Shown here piece after piece: positions 38,428-51,949 of a DNA stretch of 64,000 nt (positions are counted from its first letter, which is position 1; every line of letters starts with the position of its first letter). Below the pieces are notes generated by a model. That model ran no database searches and was not told where the DNA came from. It saw nothing but the letters and a program-made list of their open reading frames with translations. Origin of the DNA: Octopus sinensis (taxonomy: Eukaryota); contig NC_042999.1 of assembly GCF_006345805.1 (NCBI RefSeq), forward strand, positions 74,648,001 to 74,712,000. Reading direction: 5' to 3'. Position numbers and translations under genes: made by a program.

Positions 38428-40084
38428 CTGATTATCCTGTTGTTGCTGGGAACTTTTTACAACTGAATGTCTTAAATAATTTTTGTTCATTCCATGTAAA
38501 ACCATGCCTTCCCCTACGGATAAGCCTCTCATCAAAACAGATTTGTGCAATTTTTTGCAAAAAACTTCGTTGAGGATTTTCCATTATAAGTTATTTACAT
38601 GTCTGTTCAACCGTTTCACATGACTTTATTCATTAAAACTTATTAAAACTTTGGTCCTCGTGATGCATTGCTATCGTTTGTTTAATAAAAATTTCTTCTC
38701 CTAATAATTTTGCTTTCATTTTGTGATAGACAGCTATCATGCAGAAAATGTCAGCTTCAAAATCTTGTTTTCTGATTAGGTAAAATAGATTAAACTTTAA
38801 ACCCCAGTAACATTTTTTTTTGCAATTTTTCTGGAAGAAAATCGGATTTAACGAGGAAAATTATTCCAATAAGCAAAATTTTAAAATTTTGACGTAATTT
38901 AAAAATTTCCCAATGTGACAGCAACAGGGATGACACTACAAAAGTAGAAAGACAGATTGTTATAGGACGTGACACCCCTCACACACACACTCTCACACAC
39001 ACACATTTACAAACGTACACACAGGTAAGCACGAATTTAAAATGTTGTATAGTAGACATGTATGTATGTATGTACGTATGTATATGTGTGTCTCTGTTTG
39101 AATGCTTTTTGTGATGGACAGCAGAAAGCTACCTACCATCTCTCTTCTTCAAGCTACGTATTCCTCACACCCACTTTTCTCTCCCTTCCTCGGCATTTTG
39201 AAAGTTACTTACTTGCATGTGTGTGTGCATATATCTATGTATTTACTAAAGTATGTAAGTATGTATACAGTATGTATATGACAGCTGTATTAACGTTACC
39301 ATCCCATTGGCACTCATATTTATCGTTTACATAACGTTGTTCTCTCCTTCCCTGATATTAGTCACACTCACTTCTGCTACTACATTTCTCTCATACTAAT
39401 ACTCTTTGCACCCTTCTTATTTTATCGTATAATTTTCTCAACCCCACTAGGGGTCACATAGATTTTTATTGAAATCCAATTAGCCTATTATTGAAATGGA
39501 TGCTAGTTTAACATGTGTGCAAAGTTTCATGAAAATTGGTTCACTGGTTAGGCAGTAAGATGATAACAGACAGATGGACAAAAAGACAGAAATTGCCATT
39601 TATATATAAGATACATATATGATGGGGTTTGTTCAATTGTCATGTATCAAACCAATTTACAAGGCATTGGCAGTTTGAGGTTACAAAAGAATATACTTGC
39701 TCAAGGTGTTGCAAGGTGATATTGAACTCAGAACCATTTGGTTGCAAAGTGATAGACAGCAGACTTCTGCACAGGTTCCATCTTCCAAGTTCATGCACCA
39801 TGGATTGGTAAGAGACAATTGTTCAAGGTGCCATGCAATAGGAGTGAACCTGAAACCATGTGGTTACAAAGCAAACCTCTAACCAGACAGCTATGCCAGT
39901 GCTTACAGACACATGCATTCACATCCACATACACTGAAACTCACACACACACAATACAGTACACACAATAAATACACATGCATAAAATACACACACACAA
40001 AACATACTCATACACATACACACCAATAACATGAAACAATTGGGTAAAAGAATATTAAAAAATAGAAATTATTTATTTTCTTAC

Positions 40085-40332
40085 CTTTTTCATTTCGACC
40101 CCAACCAGTCACATAGTAGACTTTATCTATGGAGGCAGGTTTTTCTGGAAGACAAATTGGTTGCACATCATCTGTCAATATAATTCCACTTTCTATATAA
40201 AGAAGTGCCAAATCATAACCTTTTATAAAATGCCCATACTCGTCATGTATTAAGACTTGAGTCACCTTATAAAGTTTTCCTTCACCTCTTTTTATAGATC
40301 CAGTTCTTACTGAATATCCGTAATAGTTGTTT
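40085..40332 (-). CDS. Serine protease exon 2 (catalytic Asp)
   Basis: ctctctttcttttatcag|A AAC..GAA AAA G|gtaaga. Reads NNYYGYSVRTGS..IHDEYGHFIKGYDLALL..VQPICLP..VTGWGRNEK; phase 2 to 1. Confidence 0.95.
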
Positions 40333-40372
40333 CTGATAAAAGAAAGAGAGAAAAACATTGTTATAATAATGC

Positions 40373-40426
<54 letters not shown>

Positions 40427-40429
<3 letters not shown>

Positions 40430-41636
40430 CTGAAAAACTCTGAGGACTGGATGTTAAAACTTGTCTCAAAACATGAAAACAAGAAAGCATCATACTCAGT
40501 CACAAAACAGGCAAAGGAATATCTAAGTGAATTCCGAATACAACCAATTTCGGAATTAGAGATAGTTATACAAGAAACAAGCACAGAAAAAGCTAGGCGC
40601 ATGAAAACCCGTGCCAAAACTGCGGCCTTAGATATTCTGAATAATAAATGGCAAGAAAAACCTCTCTATGGCAAATACCCAAAGAGTGAATAATGCAGAT
40701 ATCGACAAAGCCCTGACTCATCAATGGCTAATGGCCTCTGGCTTAAAATCTGAAACAGAGGGGTTTATCATAGCAGCTCAAGATCAATGCCTACCAACAA
40801 GAAACTACCAGGCCAACATATTAAAGAACGGCAGTAGCCCAACATGTCGTGTATGCCAACAACAAATTGAAACCATTGACCATGTTGTCTCCAAATGCAG
40901 TCTTTTAGCGCCTACAGAGTACCTCAGTAGGCATGATAGAGCTGCACAATATATTCACTAGGTAATTTGCAAAAACCTGGATTTGCCCCATGAAAAAAAC
41001 TGGTGGGAACACAATCCACCTCCTGTGCTTGAAAATGACCACATCTCACTCCTCTGGAACTTCACCATTCAAACTGACAGGAAGATAGATGCAAATAGGC
41101 CAGACATTATATTGAAAGACTTCAGACAAAGAACATGCCTCCTCATTGATATGACTGTCCCAATCGATATAAATGTATCTGTCAAGACCTACCAAAAACT
41201 GAGCAAATATAAAGATCTTGAAATAGAAATCAGCAAAGTGTGGAAGCTGAAGACTAAAACAATACCTGTTGTCATAGGTGCCCTGGGAATGATAGCGAAA
41301 GGGACTGATTGCTACCTAACTCAGATACCAGGAAACCCCAAAATCGCAGAAATTCAAAAGATAGTGCTCATGGGAACTGCTCATATCCGACGCAAAATAC
41401 TCTCTATGTAATCCCAAGGTTTAAAACAAACTTTTTTTTATTAATTTATTTTTTTTTATCTTTTTATTTTATTTTATTTTTTTTTATTTTTATGTATTAG
41501 ACACTCACTAGTACAACACCAAAAAAAAAAAAAACCCCAAATATATGGCACAGAACTTCCAACCTGTTGTCTCTTGAGGTTTCTTGGTGAGACTTGGAGC
41601 CAACTTGTACAGACATAAAGCAAAAGTCAAACATAG
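40427..41636 (+). mobile_element. R4/Dong-clade element, 3' part (CCHC and restriction-like endonuclease)
   Basis: CRVCQQQIETIDHVVSKC, RHD, NRPDIILKD..LLIDMTVP and KLSKY. Flanked by (TAA)n at 40372-40426 and 41637-41656. Confidence 0.88.
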
Positions 41637-41656
41637 AATAATAATAATAATAATAA

Positions 41657-41930
41657 TTTTAAAAGTAATCATGAATTCATGGAGAACCACCCTCATTTTA
41701 AACCATACACAAGGATATACCACCTCACCAGACATCAATATCACCCGTGGTATCTTTCAAGGTGACTCATTATCACCATTACCATTCTGTCTTACTCTGT
41801 TCTCATTATCCATGCAACCAGAAAATTAATCATCTACTCTATATGGATGATTTAAAATTGTTTGCCAAAAACAACAAAGAATTAGAAGAATATGAATATT
41901 ATCAAAGAATTCAACTCTGATATACTGGCA
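41657..41930 (+). mobile_element. R4/Dong RT fragment
   Basis: RGIFQGDSLSPL and HLLYMDDLKLF. Confidence 0.75.
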
Positions 41931-42075
41931 CACTAATGATTCTGCCAGCTTGTTGCCTCCTCCTCCTCCTCCTCCTCCTCAACAATAACAACAACAACAA
42001 CAACAGCAGCAGCAGCAGCAGCAGCAACAACAACAACAGTAATAATAATAATAAAAACAAAAATAATAATAATGA

Positions 42076-44258
42076 TAGTAAAAAACTTGACAACTCTCCA
42101 CAGGAGAATTGTGAGGCAGCTGGACAAAATACTGAATACTGACAGTCAAGTACTGTGCTGGATGACAAAAGGAAGAATGCTAGTATGCCAGAAGGACTCA
42201 AGTAAAGGGAATGCAGTTGGAAATTTCCAACCAATATCGTGTTTGCCACTGTTGGGGAAACTGATGATAGGCATCATGTCAAACAGCATCTATAAGTATC
42301 TGGATGAGAATGATATACTACCAGTTGAACAAAAAGGGTGTAGACGTAAGAGCAGAGGAACAGAAGATCAATTATGAATCGATAAGACTATCCTGGCTGA
42401 TTGCAAGAGGAGGTGCAAAAATTTGATGATGGCATGGGTGGACTACAGGAAAGCATATGACATGGTCCTACACTCGTGGATTATTGAATGCCTTAAACTT
42501 CTTAAGGTCTCACACAATATCTCACACAATGACAACATGGCGAACTGAACTCAGGATGGGGAGATAAGCTGGGAGGGGTAAATATCAAAAGAGGAATCTT
42601 TCAAAGCAACAGTCTATTGCCTCTCCTATTTGTTGTCTGTATACTGCCACTAACGAGTGTTTTAAGAAAGATACGTGTGGGGTACATGCTGGGCAGGGTG
42701 AAAGTAAACAGATTGTGGTTTATGGATGACCTAAAGCTATTTGCTAAGGCTGAGAAAGAAATTGAGAGTTTGACGGCAACTGTGCAGATGATTAGCAAAG
42801 ATATTGGCATGGAATTTGTGATCAAGAAATGTGGTGAATGATTCTCAAAAGGGGGAAAATCAGTAAAAGCCAAGGGATCAAGCTGGAAAGTGGTGAAAGT
42901 AAATGGAATTCAGAGAGGAAGGATATAAGTACCTGGGCATCACTGAAAGAGATAAGATGAATGAACACAAGATGAAAGAAATGTTCAGGAAAGAGTATTT
43001 GCAGAGAATTGGCTTGTGCTCCAATTGAAGCTAAATGGCCACTATAAGATTAGAGCAATTAACATGTGGGCTGTTGCCTTGATGAGATATGAGGCAGGAA
43101 TAGTATCTTGGAAGAAGCACGAATTACAAGAGATAGACCGGAGAACATGTAAACTAATGAAAATGAACAAAGAACTACATCCCAAGAGTGATGTGTCAAG
43201 ATTGTATGTAAAGAGGAGAGAGTGGGTACAGGGATTAGTGTGTTGTGAAGGTCGTGTAATGGAAGAAGAGAATAGCCTGGCTTGGTATGTCAAGGGGAGT
43301 AAGGAAGAAATGATTGAAGCAGTGAAAATGCAGGGAACCTTAAAAGTGAACAAAGCTGTAGATCCCATACAATTTAAGAAAGACCAGAGGGAGCAGATGA
43401 AGAAAATTTGGCATGACAAGAAAATGCACAGTCAGTTCCTGAAGAATAAAAATGAGATTGATTGGAATAGAACCTGGCAATGGCTGCAGAAAGGAGACTT
43501 AAAAGGGCATTAGTGTGCAGTGCTCAAGAACAAGCTCTCAGAAGAAACTACTCCAAATATTACATTGATAAATGCACTGACTCACCACAGTGTAGGATGT
43601 GCACTGAGAAGGGAGAAAGTATAGGCCATATTGTTAGTGAGTGTTGCAAGCTCGCACAATGCAAATAAAAAAGGAGATGCGACAATGTAGCTGGATATGT
43701 TCACTGGCTGTTGTGTGGTAAAGCAAACCTTGAGAAAGCCGAACAATGGTATGGACAGAAGCCAGAGGGAGTAATGGAAAACGAACATTACAAAATACTC
43801 TGGGATTTTAATATGCAGTGTGACCAAGTCATAGAGGCGACATGACCAGATATTGTGCTCATCCATAGATGGAAAAGAAGTAAAAATAATAGATGTTGCA
43901 ATACCAGGCAATTTGAGGGTGAAATGTAAAGAAACAGAAAAGATTGAGAAATACCAGCTACTGAGGAACAAGATATGAGAGTTATGAGGCATGAGGAAAG
44001 TAACTGGTGACACCAGTGGTAATTGGAGTATTAGGAGCAGTTTCCAAGGGCTTTGAAAAATATATTAAGAATACTGGACCTGTTGTCAGGCTAGCAGTAA
44101 TCCAAAAGACAGCACTGTTGGGTACAGCTTGCATTCTGAGGAGAGTATTGTCTCTTTGATTCACAAGAGAAGGCACTACTTGAAACCTTTGGTGATTTGT
44201 TGTTGCCTGCTTTCCAGTAAAGAATAATCCGTAATTAAGACCTATCTGAGAAGCTTTC
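42076..44258 (+). mobile_element. R4/Dong element (RT and RLE), decayed
   Basis: FQPISCLP, EQKGCR, DYRKAYDMV, FMDDLKLFAK and CRMCTEKGESIGHIVSEC; ends in (TAA)n at 44259-44281. Confidence 0.85.
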
Positions 44259-44281
44259 ATAATAGTAATAATAATAATAAT

Positions 44282-46900
44282 GGGAATTACAGAATGAAAA
44301 CATAAGAATAAGACTGAAAAGAAAATGTGGAATAAGAGATAAAGGGTATGATGTGATATTGGAAGAATTGAAACAAAGAGTAGTAGCAATCAAAGCAATA
44401 CTGGAAAGATATGACAGTAGAACAAAACAATTCAGGCAAAACAGATTGTTCAAAGCAAATCAGAAGAATTTGTTTTAGGAACTAGATTGGCAGTTACGTA
44501 TAACAATGATACCAGGTGCAGACAAAAGCAGGGAATTCTGGGGAGGGATCTAGGACCAATCTGTAAAGCATAATGATGAAGTGGAATGACTGCATGAAAT
44601 CCAAGAGAGGTTAAGAAATATAGAAGGCCAAGACACTATAAAAATAACTACAGAAATGATTAAAAAAAGCAATTAAGGAAAGTCCTACATTAGAAGAGTC
44701 CAGGACTGGAAGGTGTCCAAGGTTATTAGATGAAGAACCTGAGAGGGCTCCATAATAGGAAAGTGCGACAGCTAGATGAGTGCTTGTAGGAAGGCGTAGT
44801 GCCCAGTTGGATGATGAAAGAAAAGACATTGTTATGTACCAAGGATCTTTAAAAGGGTAATATTGCATCCAACTTCTGACCGATAATGTGTGTTCTGCTA
44901 GTGTGGAAACTATTGCCAGGTACTTTGGCTGATGAACTGTATAGATACTTGGAAAGAAAGTGGGCTGCTACCTATTGAGCAGGAAGGGTGCTGAAATAGG
45001 AGCTGGGGAACAAAAAGATCTAATTATTAGAAACTGCAAGAGAAGACACACAAACCTGAGCATGGAATGGGTTGACTATCGTGAGGTACATGATATGATA
45101 TCACACTCCTGCATAACAAGAACAATGGAAATGTATGGAGTAGCAGAAAACATGAGAAGCCTTATATGGAACAGTGTGAAATGTTGGAGAACTGAATTGA
45201 CAGCAAGGAATCTGGTATTAGAAGAGAAGCAAATAAAGAGAGGAATCTTCCAGAGGGATAGTGTGTTCCTGCTGATCTTTGTGCTGGGAATGATCCCCTT
45301 GATTGAAATACCACAGAAGACTTAGTTGGGGTATGATCTGAGAAGCAGTAAGAGAAAACTGAACCACTTGCTATTCGTGGATGACTGGAAGTTGTTCACA
45401 ATAACTGAGGCAGAACTGGACAGCCTAGACCAGTCAGTGAAGGTTTTCTCAAATAATACCAAGAAGGAGTTTGGACTTGCAAAATGTGGTATGATGGTGA
45501 AAAAAGTTTGTCAGAGCAGAAGGCATATATATATATGTCAATTAGTGAAATAATGAAGGTATTTGAACTTGAATCTGGTTATAAGTACCCGGGAATACTT
45601 GAGACAGATGGAATTAAACACAATGGTATGAAAGAAAAGACAAAGAAAGAGTACCTGCAGTGAGTGAGAAAAATATTGGCTTCAAAGTTGAATCCCAGAA
45701 ACATAATTTTGGCTCATGCACAGTCATAACTCATGCACAGTCATAACTCATGCACAAACTCATGCACAGTCATAATGTTTGTTAAGGCACTGGAATTCTG
45801 AAGTGGACCAAGGAAGAGCTAAAGGTGCTGGTCAGGAAGACAAGAAAGCTCCTAATGATGCATGGAACCTATCAACCACATGCAGGCACTGATTGCCTAT
45901 ACAGGAAGAGAGCAAAGGGAAGAATGGGACTGATAATTAGTGTGGAAGACTGCGTATGTATCAAACTCAAGAGTTTAATGAGATACCTATCCAAAAGTAA
46001 GGAACCTTGCGGGTATCAGTTAAGAAAGCAGAGGAAAAGAGAAAAACAAAGCAAGAAGTACAAAAAGGACATGAAGAAGCATTACACAACAAGGGACGAC
46101 ACAATCAATACCATGTAGCCACAAGTGAGGTTGCTGGAAAACATAGGTGGGATTGGCTGAAAAAAGGAACACTGAAAAAAAGAGACCAAAAGCACTATAC
46201 TGGCATGCAAGACTAAACTTTGGTCATGAACTGGAGGGTCAGCCTTAGGAATGAGCAAATGTCTCTACTGTGCTACATCTGTAATAGAGTGGATGAAACC
46301 ATTGCTCATATGAATGAATGCCCTAGACTTGCCCCAAACCACTACAAGTTGTGATGACACGATCAGATAGCAAAAGTGCTACAGTGGGAACTATGTGAAA
46401 AGTGGGGACTAGAGAGAGGCATGATGTGGTATGAGAACAAACTGCAGAGAGTGGCAGAGTTGGAGACCTGCAAAATCCTCTGGGATTTCCCAGACCAAAC
46501 ATATCAGGTGCTAGAGCATAACAAATAGTACCATATGTACTATATAGTTGATACTGCCTTCCCCTATAACCCATCAGAAAGAAGGCAAAAAAGAAAAACA
46601 AAATAGGTATATATGTATATACAATCCTCTTATATATGAAATAGCCCGACTTTGGAAAATGAAGGTGAAGATATTGTTGGGTCTTAGGGGACAGTATCAG
46701 AAGGATTCAAGAAGAATATAGAGGAAATCGGAATAGAGTGGCCAACAGAACTGTTACAAAAGGTTTGCCTCCTTGGCACAGCCAGAATAATCAGGAAAGT
46801 ATTAGATAATCGAAAAGAACAGATAGCATGGTACCATAGGCTGCAGATGGCAAGCCCACTATGCATGCAAGACTCCAGGAGTTAGAAGAAAACCTGAGAT
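44282..46900 (+). mobile_element. Older R4/Dong element (RT and RLE), heavily decayed
   Basis: KRGIFQRDS, LLFVDDWKLF and LLQKVCLLGTARIIRKVL. Internal 17-bp tandem repeat near 45714-45775. Confidence 0.8.
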
Positions 46901-47023
46901 AAAAAGAAAGAATAATATCTCATTAACATATAATCATAATATATGTTGATCACAATTACCATTATTTTCACAGCATTTTCATGATTGATGGTTTGGATGG
47001 AATTGCAGTAAATTACATTATTA

Positions 47024-47545
47024 CAGTAATTCCTTGATATATGAGTTAATTTGTTCCAAGAGATCGCTTGTGAAATGAAAACTTGTAAAGTAGAGCAATA
47101 ATTTATCATAGTAGCAATCTTATAAATTGTATTTCATTCCCAGGAAAATATTTTACCTAAAAAATTTATAATACTCATAAATAAATAGCAATTAAACAAC
47201 AGCAGAATGTAAAGAATAATTTATGTAAGGGAAAAAGAATGTCAAAATCATTTACAACAAAAATATTATTATAATCGTTTTCTGAATCACTTTCACTTGC
47301 ACTAGACTTGCACACACCATCAGTTGTAGACCCAATCACCAACTCACAAAGCACTGATAGATGGACTTGTAGATTTTTTTTTTAAAAACAAGTCTAGAAT
47401 TGTTTGCTTGGAAGTTTTTTTTGCTCTCTATAATTTGTGCAAAATTTGGATCTTGTGCTTGAAAAATGTCAGCTCACCATCCAAAAATAAAACTCATAAA
47501 CGCAGGGTCTCGTAAAGTGGATCTTTGTAAAGTGAGGTATTACTG
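47024..47545. mobile_element. Tigger/pogo-like non-autonomous DNA transposon remnant
   Basis: TA|CAGTAATTCCT at the left and AGGTATTACTG|TA at the right; imperfect TIRs and no ORF. Confidence 0.5.
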
Positions 47546-49548
47546 TATTAGTTTTAATCTAGCATCCTGAGTTTTAAGCACCTTATTTCTTGTATCTTTA
47601 TCAGCTTTCATCTTCTATAGATACTATCCAGAGACATCACAGAAAAGTCTTTCACTCAGATCTTTCCCATTCAGTGCTAATGTTTTACTACCATGTGACA
47701 TTGCACCTTACGTGCACTTATAATGTTTATTTTTAGCACAAAGCAACGGTTATTTTGGTAATAGTAGGTGACATACATGAACCTCTACCTCTTCCTTCTT
47801 TACACTATTTGTATTTGAGAATGTCATTATACATACAGAGAGGGAGAGGGAGAGAGAGAGTTGTGAATCAATTCAGAAGTTATGTTATAGATGGAAAGAT
47901 TTCACAAAATGTATAATTGTGACTGATATTGTATTTCTAATAGGTTATGTCTTCAATTTCCATCCATAGTTTATCAGTCATTTCTCTTATGACTAAACCC
48001 TTCTACTATAGGTACAAGGCCTAAAATTTGGTGGGAGGAGGCGAGTCAATTGGATTCACCCAGTATGCAACTGGTACTTGATTTATTGACCCTGAAAAGA
48101 TGAAAGGCAAAGTTGACCTCAACGGAATAAATTTCTCATATGAATACCATAAATTTTACGTTTTTGATTTTGTTCCATAATTAATGTTACATAGCTAGAC
48201 AGGAGCAGAATAATAATAAATGAATATAAAAGGTTTGATTAAGCAGACAACAATGAATTGCACTAGAGCACATACACTAAGTAACTGATGATAGAAAAGA
48301 AAAAGGCAGTTTAATAATAAAATCCTTCACTTTTGATCATCTCCATCTTCATTAACAAATATCCCTACTAATGATGTCACCACTACTTTAACAATTACTA
48401 CACAGCTGTTAAAGTACTTACATGTGTGTGTGAGAAATTATCTGTCTATAGAATTCCTTTTCCTCTACTCCCACCATTGCCAACTTCCCTCTGGTAAATA
48501 TAATCCTCACCTGTCTGTCTTTGCCCCTTCTTAAAGCTATACTTTTAATCTTAGTTTTACTCAAATGATTTAGTTTGTGAATTTTTACAATAAAATCACA
48601 TCAGCCTCAGTCTCTATATCTTTTATCTGAAATAATGTAAAATCAAACATTTAAAAACATACTAGATTTTGATGTTATTAATATCTTGAATCATAATCAC
48701 AGTTAACTATTTGACTAGTATTCTGAGGGCAAGTTCAAAAATTTAAATCAAAGTTTTGATCTGAAAGAGGAGTGCTATATTTTCAACTTTCCTTATATTC
48801 TCAGGATTGCTGATTCATGTGCTATCTCATTTTGGAGTATAGACATTTCATTTCATACTGAGTGTTATGCTGTTTTACAAAAAGTGTTGAAGATTAAACA
48901 TTCTAGACTTGCATTGAGAACTATTTTATGTTAAAATTCCAAGTTAATCAGAGTCTGGTATCAAGATTTTCATGAATTTGCTTCTCATGTGGGAACATTA
49001 CATTATATTGGATCATTTCAGTATGTGTATAATATTAATTTCAAATCTTGGCACAAGGCCAGCAATTTCAGGGTAGAAAATAAATACCAGCACTCAACTG
49101 GTACTTATTTTATAGGTCCTGAGAGGATGAAAAGCAAAGTCAACCTTAGCAGAATTTGAACTCAGAACATAAAGATGGAAGAAATGCTGCCAAGTATTTT
49201 GCTAATGAATCTGCCAGCTTTCCATCATATAGTATGTATGATATTGATATGCTAGGGTATGTATGCATGTTATACTGTGGAATGGTTAGTTGCAGAGAGA
49301 GACAATGTGAGAGGACAAGACAGAGAAGAGTATTTAACGGAGAGATGTGATAGTGATGAGAGGTAGGAGAAAGGAACACTATTATGTTAATAGTTTAAGT
49401 TTATAAATTTTCTTTATGCAACATGGCCTTCAGCTTCTGTATAAAATATAATAAAAAAACTTTCATTCAGCCAATATATGAAGAGCACATGGTAAATGTG
49501 ATGTAGCAGCCAGCTGAACAAACCATGACTAGCTCAACTTTTAACTAA

Positions 49549-49768
49549 CTCTTTAGCATTCAGATTAATCTGTCAAATGTAGTGTTTATTTATTCACATT
49601 GTTTTGAATTAATCATGCTTTATCTTGTAGCATTGAGATTTCAATGATGTGATTGTTTATTTTTACAATGCCATTATAGGGAAGGTGAGAGAGGCTGGGT
49701 CTGGCCAGTTTGAACATAAAACAGGTAGAATATTTTGACTGGATATGGCCAGTTTAAATGCTAAAGGG
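49549..49768. mobile_element. Short TTAA-type MITE
   Basis: taactctttagcatt and aatgctaaagggttaa are inverted ends. Confidence 0.5.
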
Positions 49769-49878
49769 TTAAATAGATAAATAAGTGTTGATATGGGAAT
49801 AAAGCAGTTTGATCACAATACAAAAATACCCATATTGCTCACATATACATATGAGATTAGTATACTGAAAGTACTTAC

Positions 49879-50047
49879 TCTACACAGTGAGCTGCAGTAA
49901 GCACATAATATCTGCTGATCAATGAGGCAGTGCAAACAAATCTGGTTCCTCTGAGTAACTCCACAACCCATGGCCATTCACCTTGTAAAGCATTATGTCC
50001 ATTCTGAACGATGGGTTCAAACAAATCTCGTTTTCGAGTACCACAAA
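49879..50047 (-). CDS. Serine protease exon 1 (activation region and catalytic His)
   Basis: tgtgtgttttcag|TT TGT..GTA GA|gtaagt. Reads (V)CGTRKRDLFEPIVQNGHNALQGEWPWVVELLRGTRFVCTASLISRYYVLTAAHCV(E); phase 1 to 2. Confidence 0.96.
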
Positions 50048-51679
50048 CTGAAAACACACAAAAATATAATAAAAACAAAGAACAAAATCAAGACAATAAC
50101 TTAAAACCAAAAAATCTTTGATTAGCAATAACATAACAAAGACTATCTAGCAAAACAAAACCGAAAACTAATACTTCCATAAAGAATGGTAGTTTTACTA
50201 ATAGAACACAACATAAAATTTTTTCATAAGCAACTTTTATCAACAACTTTTCTATTTCATGTAGATTGTAAGATTATAAAATATTGGAAAATAGCACGAA
50301 TTGTTGGAGCAATTAGAATGAAGAGTCAAGTTAGATTTTATGTCTTACATCAGGTTCTTAACCTTAAACTGAACTGGTATTTGTTCTCTGATAGATTCAC
50401 AAAAGTAAAGCAGAATAAAGTATTTTTGACAAGAGTGTAGACTAAATCTAAATTACAAATTTTATATGCTTGGTCTAACATCTTATCTATTCAACTGTAA
50501 TAAATCAATCTCTATATTATATAACATACTTTTCAGACTACATTCTACTCCCAACTAAAAACAATCCACTTATTGATTAGCTGTTACTTATCACTGATCC
50601 ACTGTATCTTGTTTCTTCTGAGGTACTGCACTGGTCATTGTTCTGCATCTGCAACTTATTGTCTACACTTAAAGTAACCTTCTTCTATAGCACTTCTCTC
50701 TCTAAACTTCACTGACTCTACGAAATGCTTTGTCATAAGCCTTTCTTCTCAGAATTATAATATATTTAGGACCTTTATATTTCCCTACATTTTCTACCCC
50801 AACCACAAAACTTTCTAAAGATCAAGTGTCCATGCATGTTTTTGCATTCTATATGGATAGATGAATTGGATATAAAATGACAAATCTATGCTTCCTAACA
50901 AGTTAAATAGATATTTCAAAACTAAACATTTCCATTTTCAAGGAAAAGATCAATTTCTTGAAAGATTGTCAGAACAACAAATAAAGTAGGAAAAATGACT
51001 TAAATTGCATCTTGTGAAATATCTAAAATATAAGCACTTGAAGTCTCATGCTTTAGCAAAATCCTTTATTTTTGCTTGTATGTTGGAAGATTATTTAGGA
51101 CAATGCTTGAAAATCACAAAACAAGAAATTAATAAAATCCTCTCTTGAATGATATAATTTGCGGTTGCATTTTGTAATTGTCATCAAGGAAAATATATGA
51201 CGTGATAAGCTTAAGCATGCAAATTTTGTTTTGTGAGTTGTTTAGTCAACAGAAACTACCAACAAAGCACAGTTATTGGTTTTAATAAAAATTAAATAGT
51301 AAAATGATTAAAGTTTTGGCACTACAAAATATAAAGAAATTTTTGATATTTTAAATAAATAACTGCATCAGAAAATAGGAATTATCACTGGCAGTTATGT
51401 ATAGGTGAGTAGTAATGCAGCTCTCTACATGATAGGCTATAATGAAAGGGCTTACAGCACTTTTATAGAAGTAAAACAACACAGATTACAGAAATGTACT
51501 TGCATAGCAAGCATTTTGATCTGAGTTCATGTTCTAAAACTAAAGGGGTTGCAGTGTGGAAGACATATGTTAACCATTCAGAAATGCACAAAGACTGTCA
51601 ACTTCACTTAAACATGTCAACTATGATTAAGTGAAGCTGAGAGTCACTCTGTGTTTCCAATACCCAAATGTTATTACAA

Positions 51680-51945
51680 TTTATTGACTCATAGGTTGGA
51701 TATTAACTATCTTGACTTTGCTAAAGCCTTCAATTCTGTGCCAAACAAACAACTCATGGCAAAACTCTTTGCAATGGGTATGTAAGATGATCTTTATAAC
51801 GGGTTGAAGTCCTTCATTCTCAGTTCAAAAAAAGTAATCACAGTTCTTGGGCATCATTCTTTACCCTATGAGATGACATCTGGAGTACCACAAGGATCTA
51901 GTCTTGGACCCCTGTATTTTTAGTTGCATATATTAATGTCTTAGA
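51680..51945 (+). mobile_element. Old CR1/L2-type RT, left part
   Basis: YLDFAKAF..TSGVPQGSSLGPL. Confidence 0.7.
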
Positions 51946-51949
51946 AATA

